NCBI GenBank assembly: GCA_027460535.1
Contig: JAPZAR010000036.1
Span: forward strand, 1 to 32,000
Length of the DNA stretch: 32,000 bases
Source of the DNA: Candidatus Methanoperedens sp.
GTDB lineage: Archaea; Halobacteriota; Methanosarcinia; Methanosarcinales; Methanoperedenaceae
Direction of reading: 5' to 3'
Position 1 is the first letter of the stretch. Each line of letters opens with the position of its first letter. The notes beneath the pieces are model-generated. The model was not told the DNA's origin, searched no databases, and saw nothing but the letters and a program-made list of their open reading frames with translations. The translations under genes were made by a program, and so were the position numbers. This document shows, in pieces, positions 15,197 to 29,100 of the stretch.

Positions 15197-16795
15197 ATGT
15201 TAGACAGGCGAGAATTATCAAAAGCATATTTTACAAGTGATAAAATCGTAAGGCATCACGTGGATTCTTTCAATGATTTCCTGGATTACGGTCTTCAGAA
15301 AGTCATTGATGAACAGAGGATTATTGAGACTGATATCGAAGGCACATTTGTCAAACTCGGGAAGATCCGTATCAGTCACCCGGTTGTCAGGGAAGCCGAC
15401 GGTGCTATGGACAAGCTCTATCCAACCGAGGCAAGGTTGCGGAACATAACATACGCTGCGCCGCTTTATCTCGGCATGACCATTATAAGCCCGGAAGGTG
15501 AAAAAGAAGAAAAAGAAGCTGAAATAGGACATTTGCCGATGATGATATGGTCAAAGAAATGCAACCTTGTGGGTTTAACTCAAAAGGAAATGGTCGAGTT
15601 AGGGGAAGACCCGCAGGATCCTGGCGGATATTTCATAATAAACGGGACGGAACGCGTAATAACTACACTTGAAGACCTTGCACCGAATAAGATCCTCGTA
15701 GAATTTGAGGAAAGGTATGGTGAAAATATCGAGGTAGCTAAAGTTTTCTCGCAGAGGCGTGGTTATCGTGCCCTCGTGGTCGTGGAACGCAACCGGAAAT
15801 CGATATTAGAGGTCTCGTTCCCGTCCATCTCGGGCAGGATAAATTTCGTCACGCTTGTGAGGGCGCTAGGTATCGAGACCGATCAGGATATCGTGAATTC
15901 GGTATCCAACGACCCCGAGATTGTAAAATTCATGCTTGAGAACCTTGAAGAAGCCGAAGTTGGCGACAAGGAAAAGGCAATGGAGAAAATAGGCACTCGA
16001 GTCGCATCAGGTCAGGCAAGGGAATACCAGATAAAAAGAGCAAACTATGTGATTGACCGCTATTTATTACCGCATCTGGGGAATGATGAGGCCCACAGGA
16101 TGCTTAAGGCACAGTTCCTGGGACGCATGGCACAGGCCTGTTTCGAACTTGCTCTCGGCAAAAGGGAAAGCGACGATAAAGACCATTATGCTAACAAAAG
16201 ACTCAAACTTGCAGGCGACCTTATGGAGGATCTCTTCAGGGTTTCATTCAACAGGCTCACAAGGGATATCAAATACCAGCTTGAGAGAGCAAGCATGAGG
16301 AACAGGGACCTGAACGTTGCCACAGTTGTGCGTTCAGATGTGCTGACAGAGCGTCTGGTACATCCCCTGGCTACAGGCAACTGGGTCGGCGGGCGCACAG
16401 GCGTATCTCAGCTGCTTGACCGGACAGATTACATCGCATCTCTTTCGCATTTGCGAAGGGTCATTTCACCGCTGTCACGATCACAACCACATTTCGAGGC
16501 AAGGGACCTTCATCCCACTCAGTGGGGCAGAGTGTGTCCTTCGGAGACGCCTGAAGGACCTAACTGCGGCCTGGTGAAGAACTTTGCACAATTAGTTGAA
16601 ATCTCAACGAGCGCAGGTGAGGAAAAGCAACTCAAGAACATACTTTATGAATTGGGTGTCGTTCCCATCATCCCACATCTTGTGGGGATGGAGGAAGTAC
16701 CTACAACATACGCGACAGAATTGGAAGCGCTTGAAGAAGAGGGCGAAACAAAAGTTGAAACCGAAGAAGAAGTGGAGGTCGAAGTCTTTGAATAA
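15197..16795 (+). CDS. rpoB2: DNA-directed RNA polymerase subunit B'' (N-terminal half of split Rpo2)
   Basis: 532 aa. [22 protein letters not shown] and [42 protein letters not shown] are hallmark Rpo2 motifs. Ends in a ~40-aa acidic tail. Confidence 0.97.
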   Translation: MLDRRELSKAYFTSDKIVRHHVDSFNDFLDYGLQKVIDEQRIIETDIEGTFVKLGKIRISHPVVREADGAMDKLYPTEARLRNITYAAPLYLGMTIISPEGEKEEKEAEIGHLPMMIWSKKCNLVGLTQKEMVELGEDPQDPGGYFIINGTERVITTLEDLAPNKILVEFEERYGENIEVAKVFSQRRGYRALVVVERNRKSILEVSFPSISGRINFVTLVRALGIETDQDIVNSVSNDPEIVKFMLENLEEAEVGDKEKAMEKIGTRVASGQAREYQIKRANYVIDRYLLPHLGNDEAHRMLKAQFLGRMAQACFELALGKRESDDKDHYANKRLKLAGDLMEDLFRVSFNRLTRDIKYQLERASMRNRDLNVATVVRSDVLTERLVHPLATGNWVGGRTGVSQLLDRTDYIASLSHLRRVISPLSRSQPHFEARDLHPTQWGRVCPSETPEGPNCGLVKNFAQLVEISTSAGEEKQLKNILYELGVVPIIPHLVGMEEVPTTYATELEALEEEGETKVETEEEVEVEVFE

Positions 16796-18602
16796 GACCA
16801 GGATTTTCTTAAATGGTGAGCTTGTAGGCTCCCATGAGTCACCAAAAGAATTGGTGGAAGAACTGCGGCAGAAACGCAGGCGCGGTGAAATTAAGAGGCA
16901 GGTAAATATCATTTACTATGATGACACGAATGAGATTGTGATCAATTCGGATCAGGGGAGGGCAAGAAGACCTGCGATAATTGTTGAAAAAGGCGTACCT
17001 CTGGTCACAAACGAACATATCGAGAAATTAAAAAATGGTGAGATAAACTTCGATGCTCTTGTTAATGCAGGATTAATAGAGTACCTGGATGCCGAAGAAG
17101 AAGAAAATGCGTTCATAGCGATAGATGAAAAGGATATAACTCCAAGGCATACCCATCTTGAGATCGACTCGGCTCTAATACTTGGTATCTGCACAGGCAT
17201 GGTGCCTTTCCCGGAGCACAATGCATCACCCAGGAATACAATGGGTGCAGGCATGATCAAACAGTGTCTCGGTATGTCCACTCCTAACATGAAACTGAGA
17301 CCCGATACACGCGCCCATGTACTTCATTATCCGCAGAAGGCGCTGGTCACAACCCAGACCGCTGAAGCCATAGGTTTTGATAGCCGTCCGGCCGGGCAGA
17401 ATTATGTGGTTGCAGTCCTTTCGTATGAGGGCTATAATATAGAAGATGCCCTGGTCATAAACAAAGGTTCGATAGAGCGCGGATTGGGAAGAAGCCATTT
17501 CTTCAGGACAAACGAGGGGGAAGAGCGTAAATACCCCGGCGGGCAGGAAGATAAATTTGAGATCCCCGATGCTGAAGTCAGAGGTGCCAGGGGTGCTGAG
17601 GTCTACAAACAACTGGATGACGATGGTCTTGTAAACCCCGAAATACCTGTGGGACCGAACGATGTCCTGATAGGAAAGACAAGCCCTCCAAGGTTCCTGG
17701 AAGAACCAACCGAACTTGGAATAAGTCCGCTCCAGCGCAGGGAGAGCTCGGTCACTATGAGATCCAACGAGAAGGGCACAGTTGACACCGTCATATTAAC
17801 TGAATCAGAAAACGGATCGAGGCTTGCGAAAGTCAGAACAAGGGACCAGCGAATTCCTGAAATTGGTGACAAGTTCGCTTCGAGGCACGGGCAAAAAGGC
17901 GTGATCGGCCTGATAGTGCCTCATGAAGATATGCCTTTTACTGAGAACGGGACCATTCCCGACCTCATAATCAACCCGCATGCTATCCCTTCACGTATGA
18001 CCGTAGGCCATGTGCTCGAAATGATAGGCGGCAAAGTAGGCTCACTGGATGGAAAACAAATGGACGGTACCCCGTTCTCGGGAGCATCCGAGGAAGATTT
18101 GCGCAACTCCCTTAAGAAATTCGGTTACTCTCATACCGGCAAGGAAGTACTTTATGATGGCATAACCGGGATCAGGATCCAGGCCGATATCTTTGTCGGC
18201 GTTATCCTGTACCAGAAACTCTACCATATGGTCTCTTCAAAGATGCATGCCAGGTCGCGAGGCCCTGTCCAGGTATTGACAAGACAGCCCACCGAAGGCC
18301 GTGCCAGAGAAGGCGGCTTGAGGTTCGGAGAAATGGAACGTGATGTTCTGATAGGTCACGGCGCGGCAATGGCTTTAAAGGAAAGGTTGCTTGATGAGTC
18401 TGACAGAGTGGTGGAATATGTCTGTTCCCACTGCGGTATGATCGCCACGTTAGATAAACGGAAAAATATCACGATATGTCCTAACTGCGGGGCTGAGACA
18501 GACATATACCCCGCTGAGATGAGCTATGCATTCAAGCTCCTGCTTGATGAGATAATATCCCTGGGCGTTGCGCCAAGGCTTGTACTTGAAGATGCGGTGT
18601 AG
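16788..18602 (+). CDS. rpoB1: DNA-directed RNA polymerase subunit B' (C-terminal half of split Rpo2)
   Basis: Contains [13 protein letters not shown], the RFGEMERD motif and the C-terminal zinc ribbon CSHCG...CPNCG. Homology starts at (M)[13 protein letters not shown]. The in-frame TTG at 16788 overlaps the rpoB2 stop by 8 nt. The ORF-track start at 16596 would overlap rpoB2 by 200 nt and is rejected. Confidence 0.93.
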   Translation: MNKTRIFLNGELVGSHESPKELVEELRQKRRRGEIKRQVNIIYYDDTNEIVINSDQGRARRPAIIVEKGVPLVTNEHIEKLKNGEINFDALVNAGLIEYLDAEEEENAFIAIDEKDITPRHTHLEIDSALILGICTGMVPFPEHNASPRNTMGAGMIKQCLGMSTPNMKLRPDTRAHVLHYPQKALVTTQTAEAIGFDSRPAGQNYVVAVLSYEGYNIEDALVINKGSIERGLGRSHFFRTNEGEERKYPGGQEDKFEIPDAEVRGARGAEVYKQLDDDGLVNPEIPVGPNDVLIGKTSPPRFLEEPTELGISPLQRRESSVTMRSNEKGTVDTVILTESENGSRLAKVRTRDQRIPEIGDKFASRHGQKGVIGLIVPHEDMPFTENGTIPDLIINPHAIPSRMTVGHVLEMIGGKVGSLDGKQMDGTPFSGASEEDLRNSLKKFGYSHTGKEVLYDGITGIRIQADIFVGVILYQKLYHMVSSKMHARSRGPVQVLTRQPTEGRAREGGLRFGEMERDVLIGHGAAMALKERLLDESDRVVEYVCSHCGMIATLDKRKNITICPNCGAETDIYPAEMSYAFKLLLDEIISLGVAPRLVLEDAV

Positions 18603-18611
18603 GAGAAGATT

Positions 18612-22393
<3,782 letters not shown>

Positions 22394-22395
22394 TC

Positions 22396-22689
22396 ATGGA
22401 AATCGACATAAACAAATCACTGAGAAGCGTTTTATCGACTGGCAAAGTACTGATTGGAACCAAACAAACCATGGATGCAGTAAAGAGTGGAAAAGCGCAG
22501 GCTGTTGTAGTATCGTCTAATTGTCCAGAAAAAGCGAGGAATGAAATAAAGGGCGTACCAGTAATAAAATACGCAGGGTCTATTGTTGATCTCGGGGTTG
22601 CATGCGGCAAACCGTTCTCCATAGCCGCCCTCGCGGTGATAGAACCGGGAGAATCGGATATACTCTCTTTCGGGAGCATGAATGAGTGA
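22396..22689 (+). CDS. rpl30e: 50S ribosomal protein L30e (eL30)
   Basis: 97 aa. LRSVLSTGKVLIGTKQTMDAVKSGKAQAVVVSSNCP is the L30e/L7Ae-fold pattern. Conserved position between rpoA2 and nusA. Confidence 0.9.
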   Translation: MEIDINKSLRSVLSTGKVLIGTKQTMDAVKSGKAQAVVVSSNCPEKARNEIKGVPVIKYAGSIVDLGVACGKPFSIAALAVIEPGESDILSFGSMNE

Positions 22690-23113
22690 AGTTAAATTAA
22701 GCACTGAAGGAATAAGGTACATCGCATTATTTGAAAACCTCACAGGTGCCCGCACAAAGGATTGCTATGAGGATGTTGAGAATAACAGATTGATTTTCGT
22801 GGTTAAGAATGGCGATATGGGACTTGCTATTGGAAAAGGCGGGGACCGGATAAACCGCGTAAAGAAAGCCATAGGCAAACATATAGAGATAATCGAACAC
22901 TCCGAAGACCCTGTTGAGTTCGTGAAAAACGCTTTTCACCCGATCGTAATAAAGAATGCCAGTATCGTTGTGAAGGATGACAAGCGTATAGCTTATGTAG
23001 AGGTAAATACTAAAGAGAAGGGTCTTGCCATCGGGAGAGATGGAAAGAATATTGAAAAGGTCAAAAAACTCTCCCTGAGGCACCACAATATTGAGGATGT
23101 TATTATTCAATAA
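22682..23113 (+). CDS. nusA: Archaeal NusA-like transcription termination/antitermination factor (two KH domains)
   Basis: 143 aa with two GxxG KH motifs ([18 protein letters not shown] and [16 protein letters not shown]). 8-nt overlap with rpl30e. Confidence 0.9.
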   Translation: MSEVKLSTEGIRYIALFENLTGARTKDCYEDVENNRLIFVVKNGDMGLAIGKGGDRINRVKKAIGKHIEIIEHSEDPVEFVKNAFHPIVIKNASIVVKDDKRIAYVEVNTKEKGLAIGRDGKNIEKVKKLSLRHHNIEDVIIQ

Positions 23114-23154
23114 GTCCCCGTAATATTTTACGGGGTTTTTGGAGGAAAAACTTC

Positions 23155-23583
23155 ATGGGAAAAGGAATATATGCTGCTCGCAAGCTCAAAAATGATCATA
23201 AAAATTTCAGATGGAGCGACGGTAATTACAGCCGCAGGGCTCTAAATCTTGACGTAAAGGCCGACCCTCTCGGGGGAGCACCCCGGGCAAGAGGAATTGC
23301 ACTGGAAAAAGTAGGGATCGAGGCTAAACAGCCAAACTCAGGAATACGGAAATGCATAAGGCTGCAGCTCATCAAGAATGGTAAACAGATAACTGCATTC
23401 TGTCCGAGTGATGGCGCTATCAACTTCATAGATGAACATGATGAGGTTATGGTTGAACGCATAGGCGGAAGGATGGGCGGAGCAATGGGAGATATTCCTG
23501 GAGTACGCTGGAAAGTAGTAACGGTCAATAACGTGGATTTAAGACAGATGGTACTTGGCAAGAAGGAAAAACCGGTGAGATAG
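23155..23583 (+). CDS. rps12: 30S ribosomal protein S12 (uS12)
   Basis: [48 protein letters not shown] is the hallmark uS12 sequence. Confidence 0.97.
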   Translation: MGKGIYAARKLKNDHKNFRWSDGNYSRRALNLDVKADPLGGAPRARGIALEKVGIEAKQPNSGIRKCIRLQLIKNGKQITAFCPSDGAINFIDEHDEVMVERIGGRMGGAMGDIPGVRWKVVTVNNVDLRQMVLGKKEKPVR

Positions 23584-23584
23584 T

Positions 23585-24145
23585 ATGCACAAATTGTTTG
23601 GAAAATGGGATTTTTCTGAAGTTGAGGTCAAGGATCCGAGTGTCAAGAATTATATAACAATTACGCCGATCTTTATTCCCCACTCGGGGGGAAGGAATTC
23701 AAAACGGCAGTTCAGCAAGTCGACCCTGAACATTGTTGAGCGCCTTGTCAATAAGATGCTGCGCGAAGAGAACAATACCGGTCAGAAGATCACCGCAATC
23801 AAGACAGTAAAAAAAGCTTTTGAGATAATCAATAAAAAGACCGGACAGAACCCCGTGCAGATACTGGTCAATGCAGTCACAAATGCTGGACCCAGGGAAG
23901 AGACCGTCAGGTTGCAGTACGGTGGTATCGCGGTTCCGAAATCCGTTGATACGGCACCACAGCGCCGTGTGGATACCGCTCTTCGCTTAATAGCTGAAGG
24001 TGCACAGCAGGCCGCTTTCGGCAAGAAGAAGTCTCTTGTTGACGCTCTTGCAGATGAGATAATCGCTGCAGCCAACTTTGACATCAAAGGGTATGCCATG
24101 GGGAAGAGGGACAACATCGAACGCGTAGCAAAAGCCGCACGTTAA
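23585..24145 (+). CDS. rps7: 30S ribosomal protein S7 (uS7)
   Basis: 186 aa. NIVERLVNKM, NPVQILVNAVTNAGPREETVRLQYGGIAVPKSVDTAPQRRVDTALR and a C-terminal ERVAKAAR. Starts 1 nt after the rps12 stop. Confidence 0.95.
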   Translation: MHKLFGKWDFSEVEVKDPSVKNYITITPIFIPHSGGRNSKRQFSKSTLNIVERLVNKMLREENNTGQKITAIKTVKKAFEIINKKTGQNPVQILVNAVTNAGPREETVRLQYGGIAVPKSVDTAPQRRVDTALRLIAEGAQQAAFGKKKSLVDALADEIIAAANFDIKGYAMGKRDNIERVAKAAR

Positions 24146-24159
24146 TAATTTGAATGAGC

Positions 24160-24193
24160 ATCTTTGCGGGTCAGGCCGCAAAGATTTTTCTTA
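24160..24193 (+). terminator. Strong hairpin plus T-run ending the rpo/S12/S7 operon
   Basis: Perfect 10-bp stem atctttgcgg (24160-69) / ccgcaaagat (24176-85), 6-nt loop, then ttttcttattt. Begins 14 nt after the rps7 stop and abuts the stop of the convergent 24195..24602 gene. Confidence 0.6.
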
Positions 24194-24194
24194 T

Positions 24195-24602
24195 TTACCA
24201 GCGCGTATTGTAAGTTTTCTGTCTTATTTTCACGCCATTGATGTCATTATAGGATATTTCCTTGATCTGGAATTCATCTGGCAGATGTATGTTGTTAACA
24301 CTTTCTTCCTGCCCGGGCGAGAGGGATGAGATTGAAACCGGCTCATCTACCGGGCCTATCTTGAATGTTATCTCTAGGGCTGGTCCCTTGCCTATGTTCT
24401 TGACGTGTAAAACCTGGCGTCTTCTCGTCTCCCCTATGATCACCGAAACGTAAGTGGTCCTGAAATTCAGCCAGGGTTTGTCCTGGGCGAGCCATAGTTT
24501 GTTATTGATGTTTGCTAAATGAATTATGGATACCACAAGAGTCATTGTTGAAATCGCTGTGAAGGCTGCGAAAATTGCTATTATGCTGTCCAAATCCATC
24601 AT
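24195..24602 (-). CDS. Hypothetical small membrane protein (N-terminal TM helix plus beta-rich domain)
   Basis: 135 aa. The TM segment is SIIAIFAAFTAISTMTLVVSIIHL. No recognised family. Confidence 0.5.
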   Translation of the reverse strand: MMDLDSIIAIFAAFTAISTMTLVVSIIHLANINNKLWLAQDKPWLNFRTTYVSVIIGETRRRQVLHVKNIGKGPALEITFKIGPVDEPVSISSLSPGQEESVNNIHLPDEFQIKEISYNDINGVKIRQKTYNTRW

Positions 24603-24793
24603 TATTATAATAACATCAAAGGTATAAAACTTTAATGTTTTTGGTGTCGGAAGGAAATCAGATTGAAATCCGCAAGGTATCAGAGCCGATGCTCATGAAT
24701 TTTGTCTTTCCTTCGGTTTACTTGATTTCTGTTTTCATATTCAGGCGCTGGGTGGGATAGCAAGGACCGCAGGATAGTAAATAGAATTCATCT

Positions 24794-25675
24794 TTAAAAC
24801 TCTGAAATTTGGAAATTTTTGTTAAGGAAATTTAGAATGCGATCACTAACCATCTTGGGCTGGTCCATTGACAATATGTGACCTGCATCAGGAATCATTT
24901 CAGCCTGGATATTTGGCATCCGTCGAGTGGCCCGGTCTATGGCTTTCGAAGCGGAAAGGATGACTTCTTTTTCCCCTATCAGCAAGAGGGCAGGGGTTTT
25001 GATCTGCCGCAGTTCGTCATCTGTGAATTCGGTCGGGAATACCAGTTTAAACCTGCAAGTTGCAGCCAAAACCAATTGCTCAAAATAGGTCTCATTCGGC
25101 CATTTTACGAATAACGGCCGTATGCTATTGATTATAAAAGGTCGAATTGGAAAGAGCATCGAAGGAACTATACGCAAAATGTACATTTTATTGAACGGGG
25201 CAAATGCCGCTGGCGGACTGAGCAGCACAATCTTCTTCACTCGCTCCCGGGCATACAGAGCCAAATTCAATGTCACCCATCCGCCATACGATGCTCCCAC
25301 CACATCAGCCTGTGTAACATCAAGCTCATTAAACACATCAGTTAACCAGAGGGCGTAATCAGACTTATTTTGAGGTGGGTGACTGACCACACTTTTGCCT
25401 GCATCCCCTATTATATCCAACGCATAGACTCGATATTCACGGCTCAGGTCAGCAATGTTGGGGAACCACATGGTAGCGCTTGCGCTCGTGGCATGCAAAA
25501 GCACTAATGGTGGCGCACCTTTTGGCCCGCTTGCAATGACATGGGTTTTGCCAAACCGCGTGGGCATGTCAAAAGACTCATAGGGCACAGGCCAGAGGGC
25601 AAGAACGGCGTCATAGGAGGCCATATATTTGGCTTGACTTAAAGGTGTTTTAAAGATTGATAAATTTTCAGGCAT
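24794..25675 (-). CDS. Alpha/beta-fold hydrolase
   Basis: 293 aa. PPLVLLHATSASATMW is the oxyanion region, VVGASYGGWV the G-x-S-x-G nucleophile elbow, and IPDAGHILSMDQP the catalytic His. Substrate unknown. Confidence 0.8.
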   Translation of the reverse strand: MPENLSIFKTPLSQAKYMASYDAVLALWPVPYESFDMPTRFGKTHVIASGPKGAPPLVLLHATSASATMWFPNIADLSREYRVYALDIIGDAGKSVVSHPPQNKSDYALWLTDVFNELDVTQADVVGASYGGWVTLNLALYARERVKKIVLLSPPAAFAPFNKMYILRIVPSMLFPIRPFIINSIRPLFVKWPNETYFEQLVLAATCRFKLVFPTEFTDDELRQIKTPALLLIGEKEVILSASKAIDRATRRMPNIQAEMIPDAGHILSMDQPKMVSDRILNFLNKNFQISEF

Positions 25676-25750
25676 GTATTAATGAATTACCTATTCACTT
25701 CTCTTATAATCTATCAGTATCCAAAGTCTATAATCTTTGCCTCCAGGAGA

Positions 25751-25810
25751 CAGGGCTTGGTCATGTACAATAATTGACTATCAAGACTGGATGGCATTGA
25801 TTTTTAGCAG
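25751..25810 (+). repeat. Modular intergenic repeat, copy E (R-segment fragment)
   Basis: cagggcttgg......caataattgac.....aaga..gga..tgg matches the G/R junction and R segment of copies B and D. No G or L segment is present. Confidence 0.5.
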
Positions 25811-25863
25811 AAATTCATGTATAATATTAATTTGAATAAATGTCTATTTAGAATAAAATAATA

Positions 25864-26070
25864 TTAATATTTATCTTGAATTCCACGAACAACGAGTACA
25901 GGCATTTTCGAATTATGGATTACTTTCTCAGAAACACTCCCATGCAAGAATCATTTCCACCAGTTTTTTCCTGATGTTCCCATTATGATAAGGTCAATTG
26001 AGTTGTTCTCTGCATATTCTAATATTTTTTTGTCAGAATGTCCTTCAACAGGACGTTCTCCGATATTACT
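25864..26070 (-). pseudogene. Universal stress protein (UspA-family) remnant: C-terminal half only, with an in-frame stop
   Basis: The minus-strand frame reads GERPVEGHSDKKILEYAENNSIDLIIMGTSGKNWWK*FLHGSVSEKVIHNSKMPVLVVRGIQDKY*. The Usp motifs DLIVMG..G and GSV...V.....PVLVV are present. There is a TGA at 25951-25953 and the N-terminal half is missing. Confidence 0.65.
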
Positions 26071-26162
26071 TCATTTTCTAAATACCATTTTAAATGAGTA
26101 GAGATAAAAATTGGGACAAATTCTCCTATCTATCCCTTCATCTCTAAACATTATAGGTAGGC

Positions 26163-29100
26163 TCAGTTCCATTCCATATCTTCTTTATATTTGTCGATAT
26201 CTCTATTTATGGCCTCATAGTCGTCCACGTTTCTTTGGTCGTCTATTTTATCCCGGCTGTTTACTGGCCTGTTCGTGAAATTGTTGTTCATGGAGTTCTT
26301 ACCTTGGGCGAGCTTTATACGCTTAACAGGAGACCCGGTGGGCACAAATCCTTTCTTGAGCTTCTCGATCACAAAATATCTACCTGCTTCAAGATTATCG
26401 AACTTGTAGAAACCCATAGCATCGGTGAAGGTTTCTTTTCTTATGACCTTTGCATTTTTTCCTTTGCCAATGATGCCAATCAGCCTGATAGTCCAATTTG
26501 ATATGCCCTTCTCACCTGCATTCCATTTTCCATTACCATTGGTATCATTTATCTTAAATCCTGAGATAATGCCTCCGAGTGGTTGTATCAGTGGCTGATT
26601 CGTGAAGTTTAGGTTCATAACGTTTAGACCAGCTATATTAACCAGTTTGAAAGTAGCATTCCTGGGAGTAAATCCTATCCTCATTTCCTCAGTTACATTA
26701 TAGCTGCCATTTACAAGGTTCATGAATTGGTAGAATCCGTTAGCATCTGTTAAGTCACTGGATATTACTATGCCAGTTGTGGCATTCTTAAGAGTGATAT
26801 TCCAGCCCTGAATTCCTGCTTCGCCTGCATCCCATTTTCCGTTGCCGTTGGTATCATTGATCTTGAAGCCTGAGATACTGCCATTTCCGATTATTAATTG
26901 TGTCACATTCCAGTCCCATGTCTGCATGTCGCTGCCATTAGTATTTTGGGCCAGCGCAGATACATTCCATATCCCAAGGGCTGCACCGGTGTTGGTATAG
27001 CTTGCTGCAGTCACACCATTATTTTTCTGAACCTGTGTACCATTGATCAGCCAGGTTATATTAACGGTCTGGCTTACTGTGATGCTGAATGTTCTGGAAT
27101 CACCCACATTATCTGTCACTGTTGAAGTAGTTGGAGAGAAGCTGGTTATATTTGGCGCTCCGGTACCAGGTGTACTGACATATATCAAAGGCAGATAATC
27201 TCCGCCGTTTGTTATGTTGCCCGAGGATTTGTATGGAAGCATTGTATCTCCCAGGCCATCCCCGTCAGTATCATTGCCAGCATAATCCGACCAATAGTTA
27301 CCGCCAAGATAAGAACCACCAATGACGTTCGTTCCAAGCGTCTTTGTGATGCTCCAGATGTTATTTCCATCGTCATAAGCGTTGTTGGTGTTGTTGAAGT
27401 AGTTGTTGTAGATGAGATTGCCGCTGGAAGAATGCAGGGAAGAATAGATTTGTATTCCATATTTATTCGATTTTATGGTGTTATTAGTTAAGGTATTGTT
27501 TATGGTTGGGGAAATGAAATCTTGAATAAGGATTCCTATACTGTTCGAGTATACGATATTGTTAGTTAAATTATTTTTTTTCGAATCGAAAATGACGATT
27601 CCAAATAGGTTTGAGTTTGCGGTGTTGTCCTTTAAAACGTTGTAGCCGGAAAATTCAATTTGGATTCCACTAAAGCTGTTCGAATTTGCGGTGTTGTTAT
27701 CAAGTGTATTGTTACTGTTGGCGCCAATAGTATCAGAGGTCAGAAATATGCCATAAGTGTTATTTGAGGCTATATTATTCCGGAGTATATTATCAGTCGA
27801 ATTCACCCAAATTCCAAAATAGGAGCTAGCATTTTCCGCAACAAATCCATCGAGCGTAATTCCCCCTGCGCTCAGAGTTACAGCATTGCTTCCGTTAGCA
27901 TTTACAACAGGCTTACCATCGCCAGTATCAATACCACGTAGTATAAGCTGCTTGTCCACATTCACATTCTCATAATACGTCCCGCTGTCCACATTTATTT
28001 CATTACCCGGGTTGGCATCGTCAATGGCAGCCTGTATAGTTGAGTAATTGGTACCCTTGTTGATGTTATGAACACGGTTAGTAGTTGTAATGGATGCCAC
28101 ATTCCAGTCCCATGTCTGTATGGCAGTACCGTTGGCATTACTTGCAACGGCAGAAACATTCCATGTACCCAACGCTGCGCTAGAGTTTGTATAGGATGAT
28201 GTGATCACGCCAGTCTCATTGAATACCTCTGTTCTGTTGATAAGCCAGCTTGCATTCACAATCTGATTCGATGTAATGCTGAAGGTTCTTGATTCACCCA
28301 CATTATTTGTCACAGTTGTAGTAAGTGGCGAGAAGTCAATTATATTGGGAGTCCCGGTTGGTGGTGTAATTCCAGTCACATTTACGTTCCAAGTTACTGT
28401 ATCCGATGTGCCATTGGCATTGCTGGCATTCACCTTAATTATATAATTGCCTGGTGCTGCAAAATGATTACTGAAGTTATCAAAGTTGTTGTTTTGATTA
28501 ACATTATTCAAGAGCCAGTTCCATGTATCTATGCTCTGGTTTGCAGCGGCATTAAAGCGAATTGCATCAGAAACATTTGCCGCGATATTCAAAGAAGCAT
28601 CGTTTGTTTTAGTGTTGCTCCAGCTTATCATAACAGGAACTCCAGCTACTGGAGGTGCTTTTACTATCCAATCCCATGTCTGCATAGCAGTGCCGTTAGC
28701 ATTGCTTGCAACCGCAGTAACATTCCATGTGCCCAACGCTGCGCTAGAGTTGGTATAGGATGATGTAATTACATCAGTTTCATTGAATACTTCTGTTCCG
28801 TCGATAAGCCAGCTTACATTCACTGTCTGATTTGTTGTAATGTTGAATGTTCTTGATTCACTCACATTATTTGTCACTGTTGAAGTAGTTGGAGAGAAGC
28901 TGGTTATATTAAGTGCTCCAGGACCGATGGGGTTTTCATAGATTTCAATTTCAAACCAAGCAATCCAAGATGGAGAGCTGACAGTCTCCACTTTTACGTA
29001 ACGCACATTCAGTAGTGGCGGAGTAAAGTCTTCTGCTAAGATTTGTTTGTTATTTGTGTACATACTAAGCGTCTTTACCAGGGTCCAATTAGAAGCATCC

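Noticed and set aside
16596-16787. ORF-track start of rpoB1 at 16596 (or the ATG at 16647)
   Set aside because: It would overlap rpoB2 by 150-200 nt and add a basic peptide with no resemblance to subunit B'. Homology starts at NKTRIFLNG, next to the TTG at 16788.
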